Of a stretch of DNA of 64,000 nucleotides, positions 24,881 to 34,994 are shown piece by piece. How positions within the stretch are numbered: position 1 is the stretch's first letter; the number at the start of each line of letters is the position of its first letter. The DNA is from a virus: IMG/VR virus record IMGVR_UViG_3300008952_000030, positions 12,426 to 76,425 of that record, one strand, 5' to 3'. The notes beneath the pieces were generated by a model that was not told the DNA's origin, did no database searches, and worked only from the letters and a program-made list of their open reading frames with translations. A program made the position numbers and the translations under genes.

Positions 24881-25619
24881 TGATTTTCTCCTTGTTTGTG
24901 TTGTTGACTTTCATTAGCTTATTGTTGTTGTCGCGATACTTGTCAAGAGACTCTTTGACAATCTTACACCACTTCTTCTTAGGTTCGACGGATCCGAGCG
25001 AAATATAGCTGGAGTAAGCTGCAATCCGTGACTTGTGGATCCTTGCTGTGGTAAAGCTACTCTTATCTGTAGCCTCTCCCTTCCACCCCATGTCAAAGCC
25101 ATCTACCACCGAAAAGTGCGCAGACTTAAACATGCCATGAATAGCTGAAGTTGAAAGCGGAGGTAGCTCCATCTCTTTGTCCAACTCATAGTTAACAAGA
25201 ACATAGTTATCAATCTTGCCGCTGCCCTCAGAGTGTGTTGCTCCAGTCCATCCGTTGCTACTCTGAGTTGTCTTCACCTCGAAGTAAACGATGTTTGCCC
25301 TGTCCTCCACTCGGACGCCAAAGTCATTTTTTTGTTCCTTTGCGTTATGAAGCTTAGAAACCGTATCAAAACCATTATCTGATAATACCCTCTTGATGGC
25401 ATACTCAAATTCGTACGCAGAACGCACAGTTAAAAAAACAGTTTGCTGTCCCACGTTCTCTTCTACATGCTGAACATAATCGTTGAGAGTCCTTATAGAT
25501 GGCTCAAGCCTTCGGAGGGACTTGAAGTTATCCCCTACGACGCTCTCCACCAGAGCCATCACATCGATGGCAAACTGCTTCGTCCGCATGAACGAAACAA
25601 GCTGATTGTAAGTTTTCAT
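24864..25619 (-). CDS. putative PD-(D/E)xK restriction endonuclease
   Basis: ND...FEVKTT motif; overlaps the MTase start. Confidence 0.55.
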   Translation of the reverse strand: MKTYNQLVSFMRTKQFAIDVMALVESVVGDNFKSLRRLEPSIRTLNDYVQHVEENVGQQTVFLTVRSAYEFEYAIKRVLSDNGFDTVSKLHNAKEQKNDFGVRVEDRANIVYFEVKTTQSSNGWTGATHSEGSGKIDNYVLVNYELDKEMELPPLSTSAIHGMFKSAHFSVVDGFDMGWKGEATDKSSFTTARIHKSRIAAYSSYISLGSVEPKKKWCKIVKESLDKYRDNNNKLMKVNNTNKEKINVIAA

Positions 25620-25637
25620 TTTAAAGCCTTTCTTGCT

Positions 25638-25835
25638 TTATTCGAATAGGTTTGCAATTTCTCTTGCTATTGTAATTATATCTGAACTCTTCTCCAAAGT
25701 CAAGTCTTTGTTGTCTTCTAATAGACTCTTGACTCTCTTAAAGATTTCTTCTTGTGTTATATTCTCTATCTTTTCTGTCGGGAAGTGAACCACTCGTTCC
25801 ATACCCTTGGGCCCAGAGAGATATATTCTAGACAT
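25638..25835 (-). CDS. hypothetical protein
   Basis: ORF in the gene string. Confidence 0.55.
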   Translation of the reverse strand: MSRIYLSGPKGMERVVHFPTEKIENITQEEIFKRVKSLLEDNKDLTLEKSSDIITIAREIANLFE

Positions 25836-26037
25836 CCCATCCACCTCCAACATGCGATCGCAAACCGTTAGCAACCAATGTCAGGGCGTCAGCAATATCA
25901 AAAGCGTCGTTTGCATGGATTGCCATGCGAAACTTTTCTCCGATTTCCACCACTATCTTACCGTGATGTTCATAAATTTCCACAGCCTCTACGTCTCCAC
26001 CATGCTCGATGAAGAGGCTTTTTGAATTTTCAAACAA
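25828..26037 (-). CDS. hypothetical protein
   Basis: GGAG SD; TTG start. Confidence 0.55.
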   Translation of the reverse strand: MFENSKSLFIEHGGDVEAVEIYEHHGKIVVEIGEKFRMAIHANDAFDIADALTLVANGLRSHVGGGWDV

Positions 26038-26047
26038 TTATTTTCTC

Positions 26048-26605
26048 CTACAAGTGCTCATGTAAGCCCTTCCTCTTTATAGTGCCAAGAGGCAAATAAA
26101 CGTATTCCACTTCAATGTAAAGTTCGTTTTCATCTGAAAATAGATAAGCATTTATTTCAAACTTCTTGTCTTTAGTTCTCCACCTTGTCTCAATTTCGGC
26201 GAGTCCAACCCTCATCGCATAACACTCACTAACGAAAACCAACTCATCAAGGAGGGACTCCTTCGTAACATTTCTTCTGTAATATTTTCCGTATTTCGTA
26301 TTAAGTCCCTCAACAATCTTGTTGTACTGCTTAAAACAATTACTTTCTGTGATTCCTTCTGGGCCCAGTAAAAGATATGCTTTTCCTATTCTCTTGCCTG
26401 CGAATTCCAGTAGAATTTCTGAGCGGAAATCGTCTCCCAGCCAGCCTAAGAACCTCATGTATCCCCAGTCTGTGTCTCCCCACAAATACTTATAATCTTT
26501 GTATTCCCGATAGGAGTCTGGCACTTCTTCACCCCATGGCAAACCCAGAGGGCTTCCAAAGGCTGCTGTTTGCAACATCAACACTGTTAACAGAACTCTT
26601 AACAC
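26048..26605 (-). CDS. secreted hypothetical protein
   Basis: Signal peptide; GLPWG...LNTKYG pattern. Confidence 0.65.
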   Translation of the reverse strand: MLRVLLTVLMLQTAAFGSPLGLPWGEEVPDSYREYKDYKYLWGDTDWGYMRFLGWLGDDFRSEILLEFAGKRIGKAYLLLGPEGITESNCFKQYNKIVEGLNTKYGKYYRRNVTKESLLDELVFVSECYAMRVGLAEIETRWRTKDKKFEINAYLFSDENELYIEVEYVYLPLGTIKRKGLHEHL

Positions 26606-26670
26606 TTCACTAATAACTATCCCTTGAATTATATATTTTATGATATCATATCATTTTAAATTTTGCAAGT

Positions 26671-26710
26671 TCTTTTTTCCTGTTTCTTGTCTTTTTTCCT
26701 GTTTCTTGTC
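26671..26710. repeat. 19-bp tandem duplication
   Basis: tcttttttcctgtttcttg x2. Confidence 0.8.
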
Positions 26711-26775
26711 TGATGTCCTTCCTATCTTCTCAACTCGACGAGGAGGAAGAGGGAAGAGAATGTATTTGCGAATGT

Positions 26776-27006
26776 TCACTCTAAACCTACGCTGTGTAAC
26801 ATACTAACAAACTCGGACTGAGTATACGGCACTTTACGTATGGCGGGCCCAACTGTCTTAAACCAGTATACACTCACACGCCAATCTGCCTCGTAAGGTT
26901 CAGCAAAAATATGCCCCAGCACAATACCGTATAAATACACATCTCTCAAGTTAGTGTACATGTTCTTCTTTACCAAGGCACCTATTGCTATCGGTTGGCG
27001 GAACAC
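26776..27006 (-). CDS. SH3/KOW-like protein
   Basis: IAIGALV...YGIVL...VSVYW. Confidence 0.6.
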   Translation of the reverse strand: MFRQPIAIGALVKKNMYTNLRDVYLYGIVLGHIFAEPYEADWRVSVYWFKTVGPAIRKVPYTQSEFVSMLHSVGLE

Positions 27007-27015
27007 AGCGCAAGC

Positions 27016-27240
27016 CTAATCCTTGTCATAGCTTTTTTGATATGTTTTCAGAGCCATAACCAGGCGAGCGTGAAGATCCGCGATATGCTTCTCTTGGTGT
27101 TCCACGGGCTCAGTAAAATCAATAAAAGACTGTAGAACATTTTCAATGCCGTACCTGCCTATCATTTTTACTAAGTCCTTGCGTGGGCCGAGTGGCTCTT
27201 CCGTAGCTTGAGGATGGCTTTCTTCTAATTCTTCTGCCAT
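27016..27240 (-). CDS. hypothetical protein
   Basis: ORF in the gene string. Confidence 0.55.
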   Translation of the reverse strand: MAEELEESHPQATEEPLGPRKDLVKMIGRYGIENVLQSFIDFTEPVEHQEKHIADLHARLVMALKTYQKSYDKD

Positions 27241-27443
27241 AATGATTTGCCCCCATTGTATCTCTTATCTATAGAGCTTATGAGTTCTATGTCTGATTTA
27301 AATAAAAAGTGCCGAGTGCCCCTTATCAACACACAGAGTATTCCTACTTCGTTTGCTTCGGAACAAACAAGTCCCAAATTGTTGAAAAGCCCGTAAGTGT
27401 GAAGGGACACCCCTGGCACTTTAACCAGATCTCCTACTTTCAT
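27225..27443 (-). CDS. KVGDLV SH3/KOW-like protein
   Basis: MKVGDLV...IELISS; ACTACTTA at 27449. Confidence 0.7.
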   Translation of the reverse strand: MKVGDLVKVPGVSLHTYGLFNNLGLVCSEANEVGILCVLIRGTRHFLFKSDIELISSIDKRYNGGKSLWQKN

Positions 27444-27469
27444 AATAATAAGTAGTATTTAAAGGTATA

Positions 27470-27907
27470 TTACTCGATGTCAACCACTTCGATGTCGAAG
27501 TTTAAAACCTTTCCAGCCATCGGATGATTGAAGTCCACCACAACTGCTTCGCCCTTATCTTCTTGCAGCGTACCAACCAGTGGGAAGCCGGCTTCGTTTG
27601 TTCCCTGAATTACTTCTCCTTGTGTGAAGACGAAATTTTCCGGGAAGTTCTCTTTCGAAACTTCTACGATTGCTTCGAGGTTCCTCTCTCCATATGCCTG
27701 ATCAGGCGATAGATTGATAGTCTTGGTATCTCCCGTCTTCATGCCTGTCAAGGCAGCGTCGAAACCAGCAATAACCTGTCCGGCGCCGACTTCAACATCG
27801 ATAGGGGTTCCACGATCGTACGAACTGTCAAATACAGTGCCGTCGTCGAAAGTTCCCTTATAATGTACCTTAACCTTGTTTCCTGTCTCTACTGTTTTAT
27901 TACTCAC
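27470..27907 (-). CDS. FKBP-type peptidyl-prolyl isomerase (SlyD/SlpA-like)
   Basis: VKVHYKGTFDDGTVFDSS...AYGE...VDFNHPMAGKVLNF. Confidence 0.95.
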   Translation of the reverse strand: MSNKTVETGNKVKVHYKGTFDDGTVFDSSYDRGTPIDVEVGAGQVIAGFDAALTGMKTGDTKTINLSPDQAYGERNLEAIVEVSKENFPENFVFTQGEVIQGTNEAGFPLVGTLQEDKGEAVVVDFNHPMAGKVLNFDIEVVDIE

Positions 27908-27988
27908 TTTTGCTCCTTTAAGTGTTCGACAGCCTTACGTCGAATTTTGTTTGTATATAGTATCACATTATTTTAAAAAAATCAATTA

Positions 27989-28255
27989 TTATTTTTTGTT
28001 TTTTTCTATCTTGTCTCTTATCTCTGAAATATCCTTTTGGAGATTTTTCATTTGTAGAGTCATCAGTCTCATCTCTTGTACAACTTTTGACTCCTTCTTG
28101 CTTCTTATGTTTGTTACGTCGATAGACAGGGAATTAGACTCCGCAGTCGTTCTCATTATCATAAAACTGACACCCACCAAGCCCAATAGGAGGACTATTG
28201 TAACCGTATTCATCAGAAATTCAAGTTTTCTCTTTTTCTGTCGACTTAACGCCAT
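27989..28255 (-). CDS. protein with one TM helix and a coiled coil
   Basis: Hydropathy pattern. Confidence 0.6.
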   Translation of the reverse strand: MALSRQKKRKLEFLMNTVTIVLLLGLVGVSFMIMRTTAESNSLSIDVTNIRSKKESKVVQEMRLMTLQMKNLQKDISEIRDKIEKNKK

Positions 28256-28256
28256 C

Positions 28257-28454
28257 TCAAACCTTCTCGATATAACTATCGCGTGGCCGAAACACTTGTT
28301 TCACACGAAAAATCATCTTTTGCGGCATCGTTAGTGAACTATATGCATTGAAGCACACCTCCGTCATAAGTGCGTCTGCTGGACTTTTAGTCCTCTTATA
28401 GTCCAGTTTGTCTTCTGGTGGTATACTCTCACTCTCATGTTTATTATTGCTCAA
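28257..28454 (-). CDS. hypothetical protein
   Basis: Probable TTG start after GGAG. Confidence 0.5.
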   Translation of the reverse strand: MSNNKHESESIPPEDKLDYKRTKSPADALMTEVCFNAYSSLTMPQKMIFRVKQVFRPRDSYIEKV

Positions 28455-28455
28455 T

Positions 28456-28755
28456 TTATTTTCTCCTTTCTGGCGTACATTCCATAAGCCAACAATATGT
28501 TCTACTATCTCCAGGCACCATGCACTCCGACGTGCATACCTGATTGTGCATTTTGGTACTAGGACTATGGCATATCCACCTGTCCTCACAGGGAACACTA
28601 ACATCCCCCGACATCTCAAACGTGGCGCAGTCAGTGTCGACATGGCTTATAATTTCAGAAGGAACATGGGTTGCCCCAACGTCAGCTTCTTCCTGTCCGC
28701 ATGCCAAAACAAACATGAACAGCAGCACACAACAAAGTATTTTATTCAAAATCAT
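28456..28755 (-). CDS. Cys-rich lipoprotein
   Basis: Lipobox VLAC; several Cys in the mature part. Confidence 0.65.
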   Translation of the reverse strand: MILNKILCCVLLFMFVLACGQEEADVGATHVPSEIISHVDTDCATFEMSGDVSVPCEDRWICHSPSTKMHNQVCTSECMVPGDSRTYCWLMECTPERRK

Positions 28756-28978
28756 AGATAGACTCCTCTACAACAATCAAGCTTCCATGATTGTACATGC
28801 TTTCATTATAACAGGAGTACTTATAGTTTTTAACAACTTCTTTAACAATCTCTTTCATTTTTTCAGAATTGCCAGTAATAATCCTGCACGGTGGCTCAGC
28901 CCAGTTTAAAAAATTACAAACCAGGTTCTCAACGTCTCCGTGCTTTGTCTTGTGCAAATCCAATGTCTTGAGCTTCAT
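28742..28978 (-). CDS. Smr/MutS2 C-terminal-like domain protein
   Basis: TLDLH...RIITGNS...NHGSLIV. Confidence 0.75.
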   Translation of the reverse strand: MKLKTLDLHKTKHGDVENLVCNFLNWAEPPCRIITGNSEKMKEIVKEVVKNYKYSCYNESMYNHGSLIVVEESIYDFE

Positions 28979-28984
28979 CCTCTC

Positions 28985-30865
28985 TTAGACTTCCTCAAAT
29001 TCAGCATCTACGACGTCGTCATCCTGATCCGCAGGCTCTTCACTTGATGGCTCTTGCTTTGCTGCCGACTCATACATTTCTTTGCCTGCAGCCTGCATTG
29101 CCTGTGTCAACAGCTCAAGCTCTTTCTTGATTAACTCCGGTGTACTTTCCTGAGTTAAGCACATTCTTGCCGACTCTATTGCTCTTTGCACGTCGCCGCT
29201 GGTAGCTTCTGAAATCTTATCCGGGTTTTCTTTGAGAAGTTTTTCTGCTTGAAATACCGTTGATTCAAGCTTGTTCTTGTCCTCTACCTGTTGGCGGCGT
29301 TCCTTATCTTTCGATTCGTTAGCCTTTGCTTCTGCCACCATCCTATCCACCTCGCCCTTAGACAAGGATCCTCCAGACTTCTCGATAACAATCTTTTGTT
29401 CCTTGTTTGTAGCTTTATCAGTCGCAATTACGCTTACAATTCCGTTGGCGTCGATATCGAACTTAACATCGATTTGAGGAACTCCGCGAGGAAGAGGCGG
29501 GATGCCATCAAGCTTGAACACTCCCAAAACCTTATTATCTGCTGCGAACTCCCTTTCCCCTTGCAAAACTTTGATATCAACGGCAGGCTGACTATCAGCA
29601 GCAGTTGTAAAAACCTGTGATTTAGAACAAGGTATCGTTGTGTTCCTGTCGATAAGCCTTGTCATAACACCTCCCATTGTCTCGATACCTAGCGATAATG
29701 GAGTCACGTCAAGAAGAAGCAAATCCCTTACTTCTCCCGTAAACACTCCACCCTGCACTCCGGCGCCGAGCGCTACAACCTCGTCTGGATTGACGGAAGA
29801 GTTTGCCTGCTTACCGAAGAAATCTTCCACTGCCTTACGGACACAGGGGATCCTTGTAGAGCCTCCAACCAAAATCACTTCGTCTATCTCCGACGATGAC
29901 ATGCTAGCGTCCTCAAGCGCATTCTTGACTGGTTCAATAGTCTTTTTGACTAACTCATCTATCATCTGCTCAAACTTGGAGCGGTTCAAGGTGAGCTGCA
30001 AGTGCTTTGGGCCGGAGGCATCGGCAGTGATAAATGGAAGATTCACATCCGTCTGCTGAGTGCTTGACAATTCTATTTTAGCTTTTTCTGCTGCTTCTCT
30101 CAACCTCTGCATTACCATGGAATCTTTCGATACGTCGATGCCAGAATCTTTCTTAAACTCTTCGACTATCCACTGGATTAGAACCCTGTCAACATCGTCA
30201 CCACCAAGATGCGTGTCCCCATTCGTACTTAGAACCTCGACTACGCCATCAGCTATCTCAAGCACAGAGACATCAAAGGTGCCGCCGCCCAAATCGTATA
30301 CAACAATCTTCTTTTCATCCTGCTTGTCAAGCCCATAAGCAAGAGCTGCAGCAGTTGGCTCGTTGATTATTCTCTTAACCACAAGTCCAGCAATCTGTCC
30401 AGCGTCGCGGGTTGCTTGTCGCTGAGCGTCGTTAAAGTAAGCTGGGACAGTAATGACTGCCTCCTTCACTTCCTCCCCTAGATAAGATTCAGCTGCTGAC
30501 TTCAGCTTAATAAGAACCTGAGCGCTGATTTCTTGAGGAGCTAATCCTTTTCCGTTTAACACAATCTCGCAGGATCCGGATGCTGACTTCTTTACTTCGT
30601 AGGGCATCTCAGATGCCTCTTTCGTCACCTCTTCATAGTTCATCCCCATAAATCTCTTGGCGGAGTAGACGGTGTTCTTGGCATTCGTAACAGCCTGCCT
30701 TCGAGCTGGATTGCCGACAACTCTTTCTCCGCTTTGCAGATACCCCACTACCGATGGAGTAGTTCTGGCTCCCTCTTCGTTTGTGATTATCTTTGGGCTG
30801 TCGCCCTCCATGACAGCGACGGCGCTATTGGTTGTTCCTAAATCAATTCCGATAACTTTTGACAT
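28985..30865 (-). CDS. dnaK: Hsp70 chaperone DnaK
   Basis: [32 protein letters not shown]. Confidence 0.98.
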   Translation of the reverse strand: MSKVIGIDLGTTNSAVAVMEGDSPKIITNEEGARTTPSVVGYLQSGERVVGNPARRQAVTNAKNTVYSAKRFMGMNYEEVTKEASEMPYEVKKSASGSCEIVLNGKGLAPQEISAQVLIKLKSAAESYLGEEVKEAVITVPAYFNDAQRQATRDAGQIAGLVVKRIINEPTAAALAYGLDKQDEKKIVVYDLGGGTFDVSVLEIADGVVEVLSTNGDTHLGGDDVDRVLIQWIVEEFKKDSGIDVSKDSMVMQRLREAAEKAKIELSSTQQTDVNLPFITADASGPKHLQLTLNRSKFEQMIDELVKKTIEPVKNALEDASMSSSEIDEVILVGGSTRIPCVRKAVEDFFGKQANSSVNPDEVVALGAGVQGGVFTGEVRDLLLLDVTPLSLGIETMGGVMTRLIDRNTTIPCSKSQVFTTAADSQPAVDIKVLQGEREFAADNKVLGVFKLDGIPPLPRGVPQIDVKFDIDANGIVSVIATDKATNKEQKIVIEKSGGSLSKGEVDRMVAEAKANESKDKERRQQVEDKNKLESTVFQAEKLLKENPDKISEATSGDVQRAIESARMCLTQESTPELIKKELELLTQAMQAAGKEMYESAAKQEPSSEEPADQDDDVVDAEFEEV

Positions 30866-30961
30866 TTTTCAAGTTTCTCCTTTTTGTGTTCCCGGACTTC
30901 ATATACTATAAGCACGCATTTCCTGTGTGCAAGCTTTTTTTAAACTATATCAGATTTTATG

Positions 30962-31246
30962 TTATTTTTCAAGACTTTTGTCAATTGTTTTGTGACGGAT
31001 CAGCCAGTTTGTTGTAACCCATCCCCTTCTTGTGCCTTCTTTTTTCGAAAATGCTTTTTCGAAGTAATGCTCATATTCAGAGCCAGGAACCATGCACACC
31101 AACGCTCGCTTTCTATTTTTTTGAAAGCCGCCGTCGATATTGTCGATTCTTACTACTATGCCTATCCACTCTCTTCCATAAAGAACGTGATTCACTATGT
31201 CTCCCACTTCGATGTCTACGCCGTTCTTCTTCCATATATGAGGCAT
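30962..31246 (-). CDS. SH3/KOW-like protein
   Basis: IEVGDIV...IGIVVRI. Confidence 0.65.
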   Translation of the reverse strand: MPHIWKKNGVDIEVGDIVNHVLYGREWIGIVVRIDNIDGGFQKNRKRALVCMVPGSEYEHYFEKAFSKKEGTRRGWVTTNWLIRHKTIDKSLEK

Positions 31247-31501
31247 TTTTTTCTTGCACCTGTGTTATCTCGGATTTACTATCGTTAACTAAAACTAAAA
31301 TACCTAGACACGCCCAAGCGATGATCCACAAGACAAGAACCAAATTCATAAACTTGCTGTCCACTTATTAATTATCTTCCTTACATGTCGTTTGGCAAAC
31401 TTTTGTCATATCATTTCGCGGTACACATATATTTGATTGCAAATATTGCGGCAGTCAACAGTGCAGCTAGCACATGGAGGAGAAAATTTCTCTTAAACCT
31501 C

Positions 31502-32101
31502 TCAATCATCCGTTTCATACGTCATAACACCAATAATATCTACCAACTTACCTACGTACATTGATGCCACATCATGCCTACCCCTGGCTTTTGCGTCCTC
31601 TACTAAGGAGACAAGCTTTTTAAAGCAAAGTTCACAGTTTATATAGAATTCAACTGCCTCAAAAACTGCCCTTGTGGCAGAAAAGTTTACAGACTTCCCT
31701 ACCTGGCGGAATATCATTTTCTGATTCCTTTCATTTATAGTCTCCAAAAGAACCAGTGCCTCAGAATCAGAGCCAGATTGAGTTTTTTTAGTATCAAAGT
31801 CCGCTTTTACTACAAAATTACTGAACCGTATCCTGTTCAAAGATTTATATTTCTTTGAATTCGCGGCGCATAAACCCGAAAAGAGAGCGTCGACGACGCC
31901 GTCTCCGGCACACTTAAGCTTCTTGTTCGTTCCGCTATGCGAGTAAGAACAAGTAACTTCTGACACGCTTTTGTCGACAGACTCCTTTATAACAATAGAG
32001 TCTGGTGTCATGTCACAAATATCTGACAACAATATCTCTTTAAATATTTTCTTTATGCTTTCTTTTTTTACTTCTTCAGGACGTGTCCGTGTTGGCATCA
32101 C
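31502..32101 (-). CDS. protein resembling the LeuA allosteric (dimerisation) domain
   Basis: GDGVVDALF...FVVKA...GSDSEALVLLE. Confidence 0.5.
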   Translation of the reverse strand: MMPTRTRPEEVKKESIKKIFKEILLSDICDMTPDSIVIKESVDKSVSEVTCSYSHSGTNKKLKCAGDGVVDALFSGLCAANSKKYKSLNRIRFSNFVVKADFDTKKTQSGSDSEALVLLETINERNQKMIFRQVGKSVNFSATRAVFEAVEFYINCELCFKKLVSLVEDAKARGRHDVASMYVGKLVDIIGVMTYETDD

Positions 32102-32472
32102 TCCACACGTTCCAGCGAAGGCGAAACCTTGAATATTCTCTGAACATTTTTTGTCTTTTTCATTGATCTGAGGATGTCAATTTTCACATTTTCTGGAGTT
32201 TGAAACTCTCCTTGCAAACTGGGGATGAATTTAACGCTCAATCCTGCTACGTATCTCTTTTCTGCTATCGGCTCGTTGCCCACAACAACCGTAACGATAG
32301 TGACGTGAGGAAGCGCTCGAATATCGACTAGAATGTCATCCAAGCCTCGCTGCTTGTCCCCGCCATCGATAGTATAGCCTATCATGCAATAAAATTTGTA
32401 TATGCCGCGTTGACGGCTTCTTCCCTTTTCTTCTGAAATTTCTTTAAAGTATTTCTTTAATTCTCTTTCCAT
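32098..32472 (-). CDS. putative late/virion protein
   Basis: ACTATTTA at 32501; leader MERELKKYFKE. Confidence 0.6.
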   Translation of the reverse strand: MERELKKYFKEISEEKGRSRQRGIYKFYCMIGYTIDGGDKQRGLDDILVDIRALPHVTIVTVVVGNEPIAEKRYVAGLSVKFIPSLQGEFQTPENVKIDILRSMKKTKNVQRIFKVSPSLERVE

Positions 32473-32525
32473 GATTTGTGTCCCTATTCAGATTCTGTAA
32501 TAAATAGTAAATTATTTCTTCTTTA

Positions 32526-32873
32526 TCATGCATAAATTTGCACAAACATTATAACAAACGATAAAAATACACATATCATTGTTTTCGGAGTGAACATGCT
32601 TTCTCCGAAAAAGTAGTGAGTCATGATTGGGAATGTCAAGTACGACAAGCCAAAGCTTAAAAAGCGCGCGCCCCACAAGGACTTATCAAGAGAGTTGGTG
32701 GCTTGCCCCCAAGCGTACCAAAATAGAAGGCCGCAGGGGATTCCAAAAACAATCACGGATAACAGTCCTTTGCCTGCCCACCACTCACTCAAAAATTGCA
32801 TATTAAGTTGCAGCCAGCTGAGTATGTGTGCAGATACAAACAAGAGCGCTGCTATAACTATGCCTTTACTCAC
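32526..32873 (-). CDS. small 4-TM membrane protein (DMT/SMR-like)
   Basis: Four hydrophobic helices; FFGE...K motif. Confidence 0.65.
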   Translation of the reverse strand: MSKGIVIAALLFVSAHILSWLQLNMQFLSEWWAGKGLLSVIVFGIPCGLLFWYAWGQATNSLDKSLWGARFLSFGLSYLTFPIMTHYFFGESMFTPKTMICVFLSFVIMFVQIYA

Positions 32874-33214
32874 TAATGTACATCCAGCGACAAGTTTGAT
32901 AATTTCAAATCTATCTTAATTTCATGTATCAACATTGCTACCTTTGTTAATTTAAGTACGAACTCTGCGTCGATCTGATATTTTTCTTGTGATAAATCTG
33001 GAAATACTTTGTCTAAGTATTCCTCTAGTACATGAGCATTTAAGAAAAGTTCGCAAAGACACCTTATAGTGTATGCAGAGTACACATTCCTCTTGGAATA
33101 GTTGTCTTCCAACAGGCATTCTGCGCGGTGAAACACATTGTCGACATCCTTATAGAAAGCTAGCACATCTTGCCTGCTTAAAGTCACTTTTCCAGGCGCT
33201 GGTGGCTTACTCAT
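32873..33214 (-). CDS. hypothetical protein
   Basis: TAATG-coupled ORF. Confidence 0.6.
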   Translation of the reverse strand: MSKPPAPGKVTLSRQDVLAFYKDVDNVFHRAECLLEDNYSKRNVYSAYTIRCLCELFLNAHVLEEYLDKVFPDLSQEKYQIDAEFVLKLTKVAMLIHEIKIDLKLSNLSLDVH

Positions 33215-33624
33215 TATAGCAACCTTCCCTTCCCCCAGAAATGCCGTTCTTTTCTATTTTGCACAATCAAGAACGCATCAATGTACTTATCACCCCTTCT
33301 TTCTACGATTCTTGCCTGGTAAAGCTCCAAGATTCCGTATTTTGGCTTTGGTTGTCGCTTTGCATACTTCTTTCTAGGGGGAGGCTTGTTGAGAAAATTT
33401 ACACAAGCCTGAGCCAACTCTTCGGCGGTTGCTTCAATCCCCTTGTACGCCTCAAAATCCATGTCGATTCTAGCCGCGATCACCCAGCGCTTGGAGCCAA
33501 ACTTGGGAATGTCCCAAAAATTGGAACCATGATACTTTCCCCTCTTTAGTTTCAAAGCATTGGTTTCAAAAAAATATTCCGGTATCTCTCTCAAATCACA
33601 TTCGATTTCATTTAAATTAGACAT
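33214..33624 (-). CDS. hypothetical basic protein
   Basis: ORF in the gene string. Confidence 0.6.
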   Translation of the reverse strand: MSNLNEIECDLREIPEYFFETNALKLKRGKYHGSNFWDIPKFGSKRWVIAARIDMDFEAYKGIEATAEELAQACVNFLNKPPPRKKYAKRQPKPKYGILELYQARIVERRGDKYIDAFLIVQNRKERHFWGKGRLL

Positions 33625-33865
33625 CGAGCATGCCTGAAAGATCATCGTAGCCGCCAATAAAGCTTGTTTTGCCGGTAAGCTTGTTGTTTTCTAAAATGAT
33701 GGGGATGGTAGCATGATTGTAATACCTCTTTGCTTCCTCCATGCCTTCGACGTCTTCTTCCATATTCAAAAAAACATATTCAAGACTTGCTTCCTTCAGA
33801 AGACGAATGGAGTTGATACAAAACGGACACCTAGATGTTCCATAAATTATATATCTGTTATCCAT
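33617..33865 (-). CDS. glutaredoxin
   Basis: CPFC, TIP, FIGGYDDL. Confidence 0.9.
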   Translation of the reverse strand: MDNRYIIYGTSRCPFCINSIRLLKEASLEYVFLNMEEDVEGMEEAKRYYNHATIPIILENNKLTGKTSFIGGYDDLSGMLDV

Positions 33866-34154
33866 GCAACAATGCCTTTCCCGCCAGTGTATCGTTAATG
33901 TCCTCAACATTCCCGACAACCACGATATCAGTACCAGACTGCCCCCTAGACAAAGAAATTGTACAAAACTCCTCTATAGTGCTAATGCCGTCTATCATCC
34001 CTTCGGCGAGTCTCTTCGACATCGAAGGGTTCTGCCTGATATAAATAACGTGTTCTGGGTTTATGAAGATATCTCTTAGAGTATACTTCATCTTATTCAC
34101 TGGTGATGCAGTAGGAGAAACGTTCCTGTACACCTCTTTAAGTTTAACAATCAT
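33858..34154 (-). CDS. FlbD-like hypothetical protein
   Basis: IFINPEHVIYI...IVVVGNVEDI. Confidence 0.5.
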   Translation of the reverse strand: MIVKLKEVYRNVSPTASPVNKMKYTLRDIFINPEHVIYIRQNPSMSKRLAEGMIDGISTIEEFCTISLSRGQSGTDIVVVGNVEDINDTLAGKALLHG

Positions 34155-34366
34155 AATCTCATTCCTTCTTCCACTATGTACGCTTGTCTCTTGTTAACCA
34201 ACCATTGTGATCCTTCATATATGATGTTATAAGCGGAGTCAGTGTCGGACACTATCAAAAATACTCCAGGCTCTTTAAGCTTCTTTACATCCGTCGGATT
34301 GTCCCCGTTAAGAAGGACGGTGGCGGAGGGGATGTATATTAAATTGCTCTTATGTCGGTTCTTCAT
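34151..34366 (-). CDS. small SH3-like hypothetical protein
   Basis: Beta-rich pattern. Confidence 0.5.
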   Translation of the reverse strand: MKNRHKSNLIYIPSATVLLNGDNPTDVKKLKEPGVFLIVSDTDSAYNIIYEGSQWLVNKRQAYIVEEGMRL

Positions 34367-34634
34367 TTTCCTCCCCCTCGCTTGCTGTATGAATCGCCGC
34401 AGCATAATCTGAAATTATCTTAGAGCAATCGTCTAAAAGCATGTCTGCTTTCAGTGCTTGACTTCTGGCGCTCTCTACCATCTCTAAAAACTTAGAAAAA
34501 TTTCCACCTGCATCCAGGTTATTGACAGTATCAGATGCGTCTGCCAACTGACAGAGTGCCTTCTTTACTAAGTCATCAACCTCTTGAGGTATGTCCTCTA
34601 TCTCCACAGTATATTGTATTCTCACCTTCATCAC
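34350..34634 (-). CDS. hypothetical protein
   Basis: MKVRIQYTVEIEDIP. Confidence 0.65.
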   Translation of the reverse strand: MMKVRIQYTVEIEDIPQEVDDLVKKALCQLADASDTVNNLDAGGNFSKFLEMVESARSQALKADMLLDDCSKIISDYAAAIHTASEGEENEEPT

Positions 34635-34954
34635 TGATCCTTATATTGCCTTAGACATTCATTTCTTAATTTGAAAAACCTTTCGTTTAGAGGCGTAAGA
34701 GACAAAGACACCACCATGTCTTCCGCCATGTTCCAAGCAGCTGTTTCGCTTGTATCAGGATACAAAACGACATGCGATGCTTCATGCAATAGCGTATGAT
34801 ATTGCTCCTCTTCAGGAGAGGATGAGTTAATCTCTACTATACCAGCGTCGCTAAAAAAGGCGTTATCGCCCACTCTGTCGTAGTATATCTCTACATCGTA
34901 CTCGTTATAGAGAAAGCTCTCCAAGATTCTAATACTCTGTTGAATCGTTTTCAT
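34631..34954 (-). CDS. HExxH metallopeptidase-like (ImmA/IrrE-like)
   Basis: TLLHEASH...ETAAW; promoter TTGACT-17-TATACT at 34961-34989. Confidence 0.7.
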   Translation of the reverse strand: MKTIQQSIRILESFLYNEYDVEIYYDRVGDNAFFSDAGIVEINSSSPEEEQYHTLLHEASHVVLYPDTSETAAWNMAEDMVVSLSLTPLNERFFKLRNECLRQYKDQ

Positions 34955-34994
34955 ATTAAAAGTATACCACCAGGGCTTAAAAAAGTCAAGTATT

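Noticed and set aside
26671-26710. 19-bp tandem duplication as a regulatory array
   Set aside because: Only two low-complexity units inside a probable 42-aa ORF; most likely slippage.
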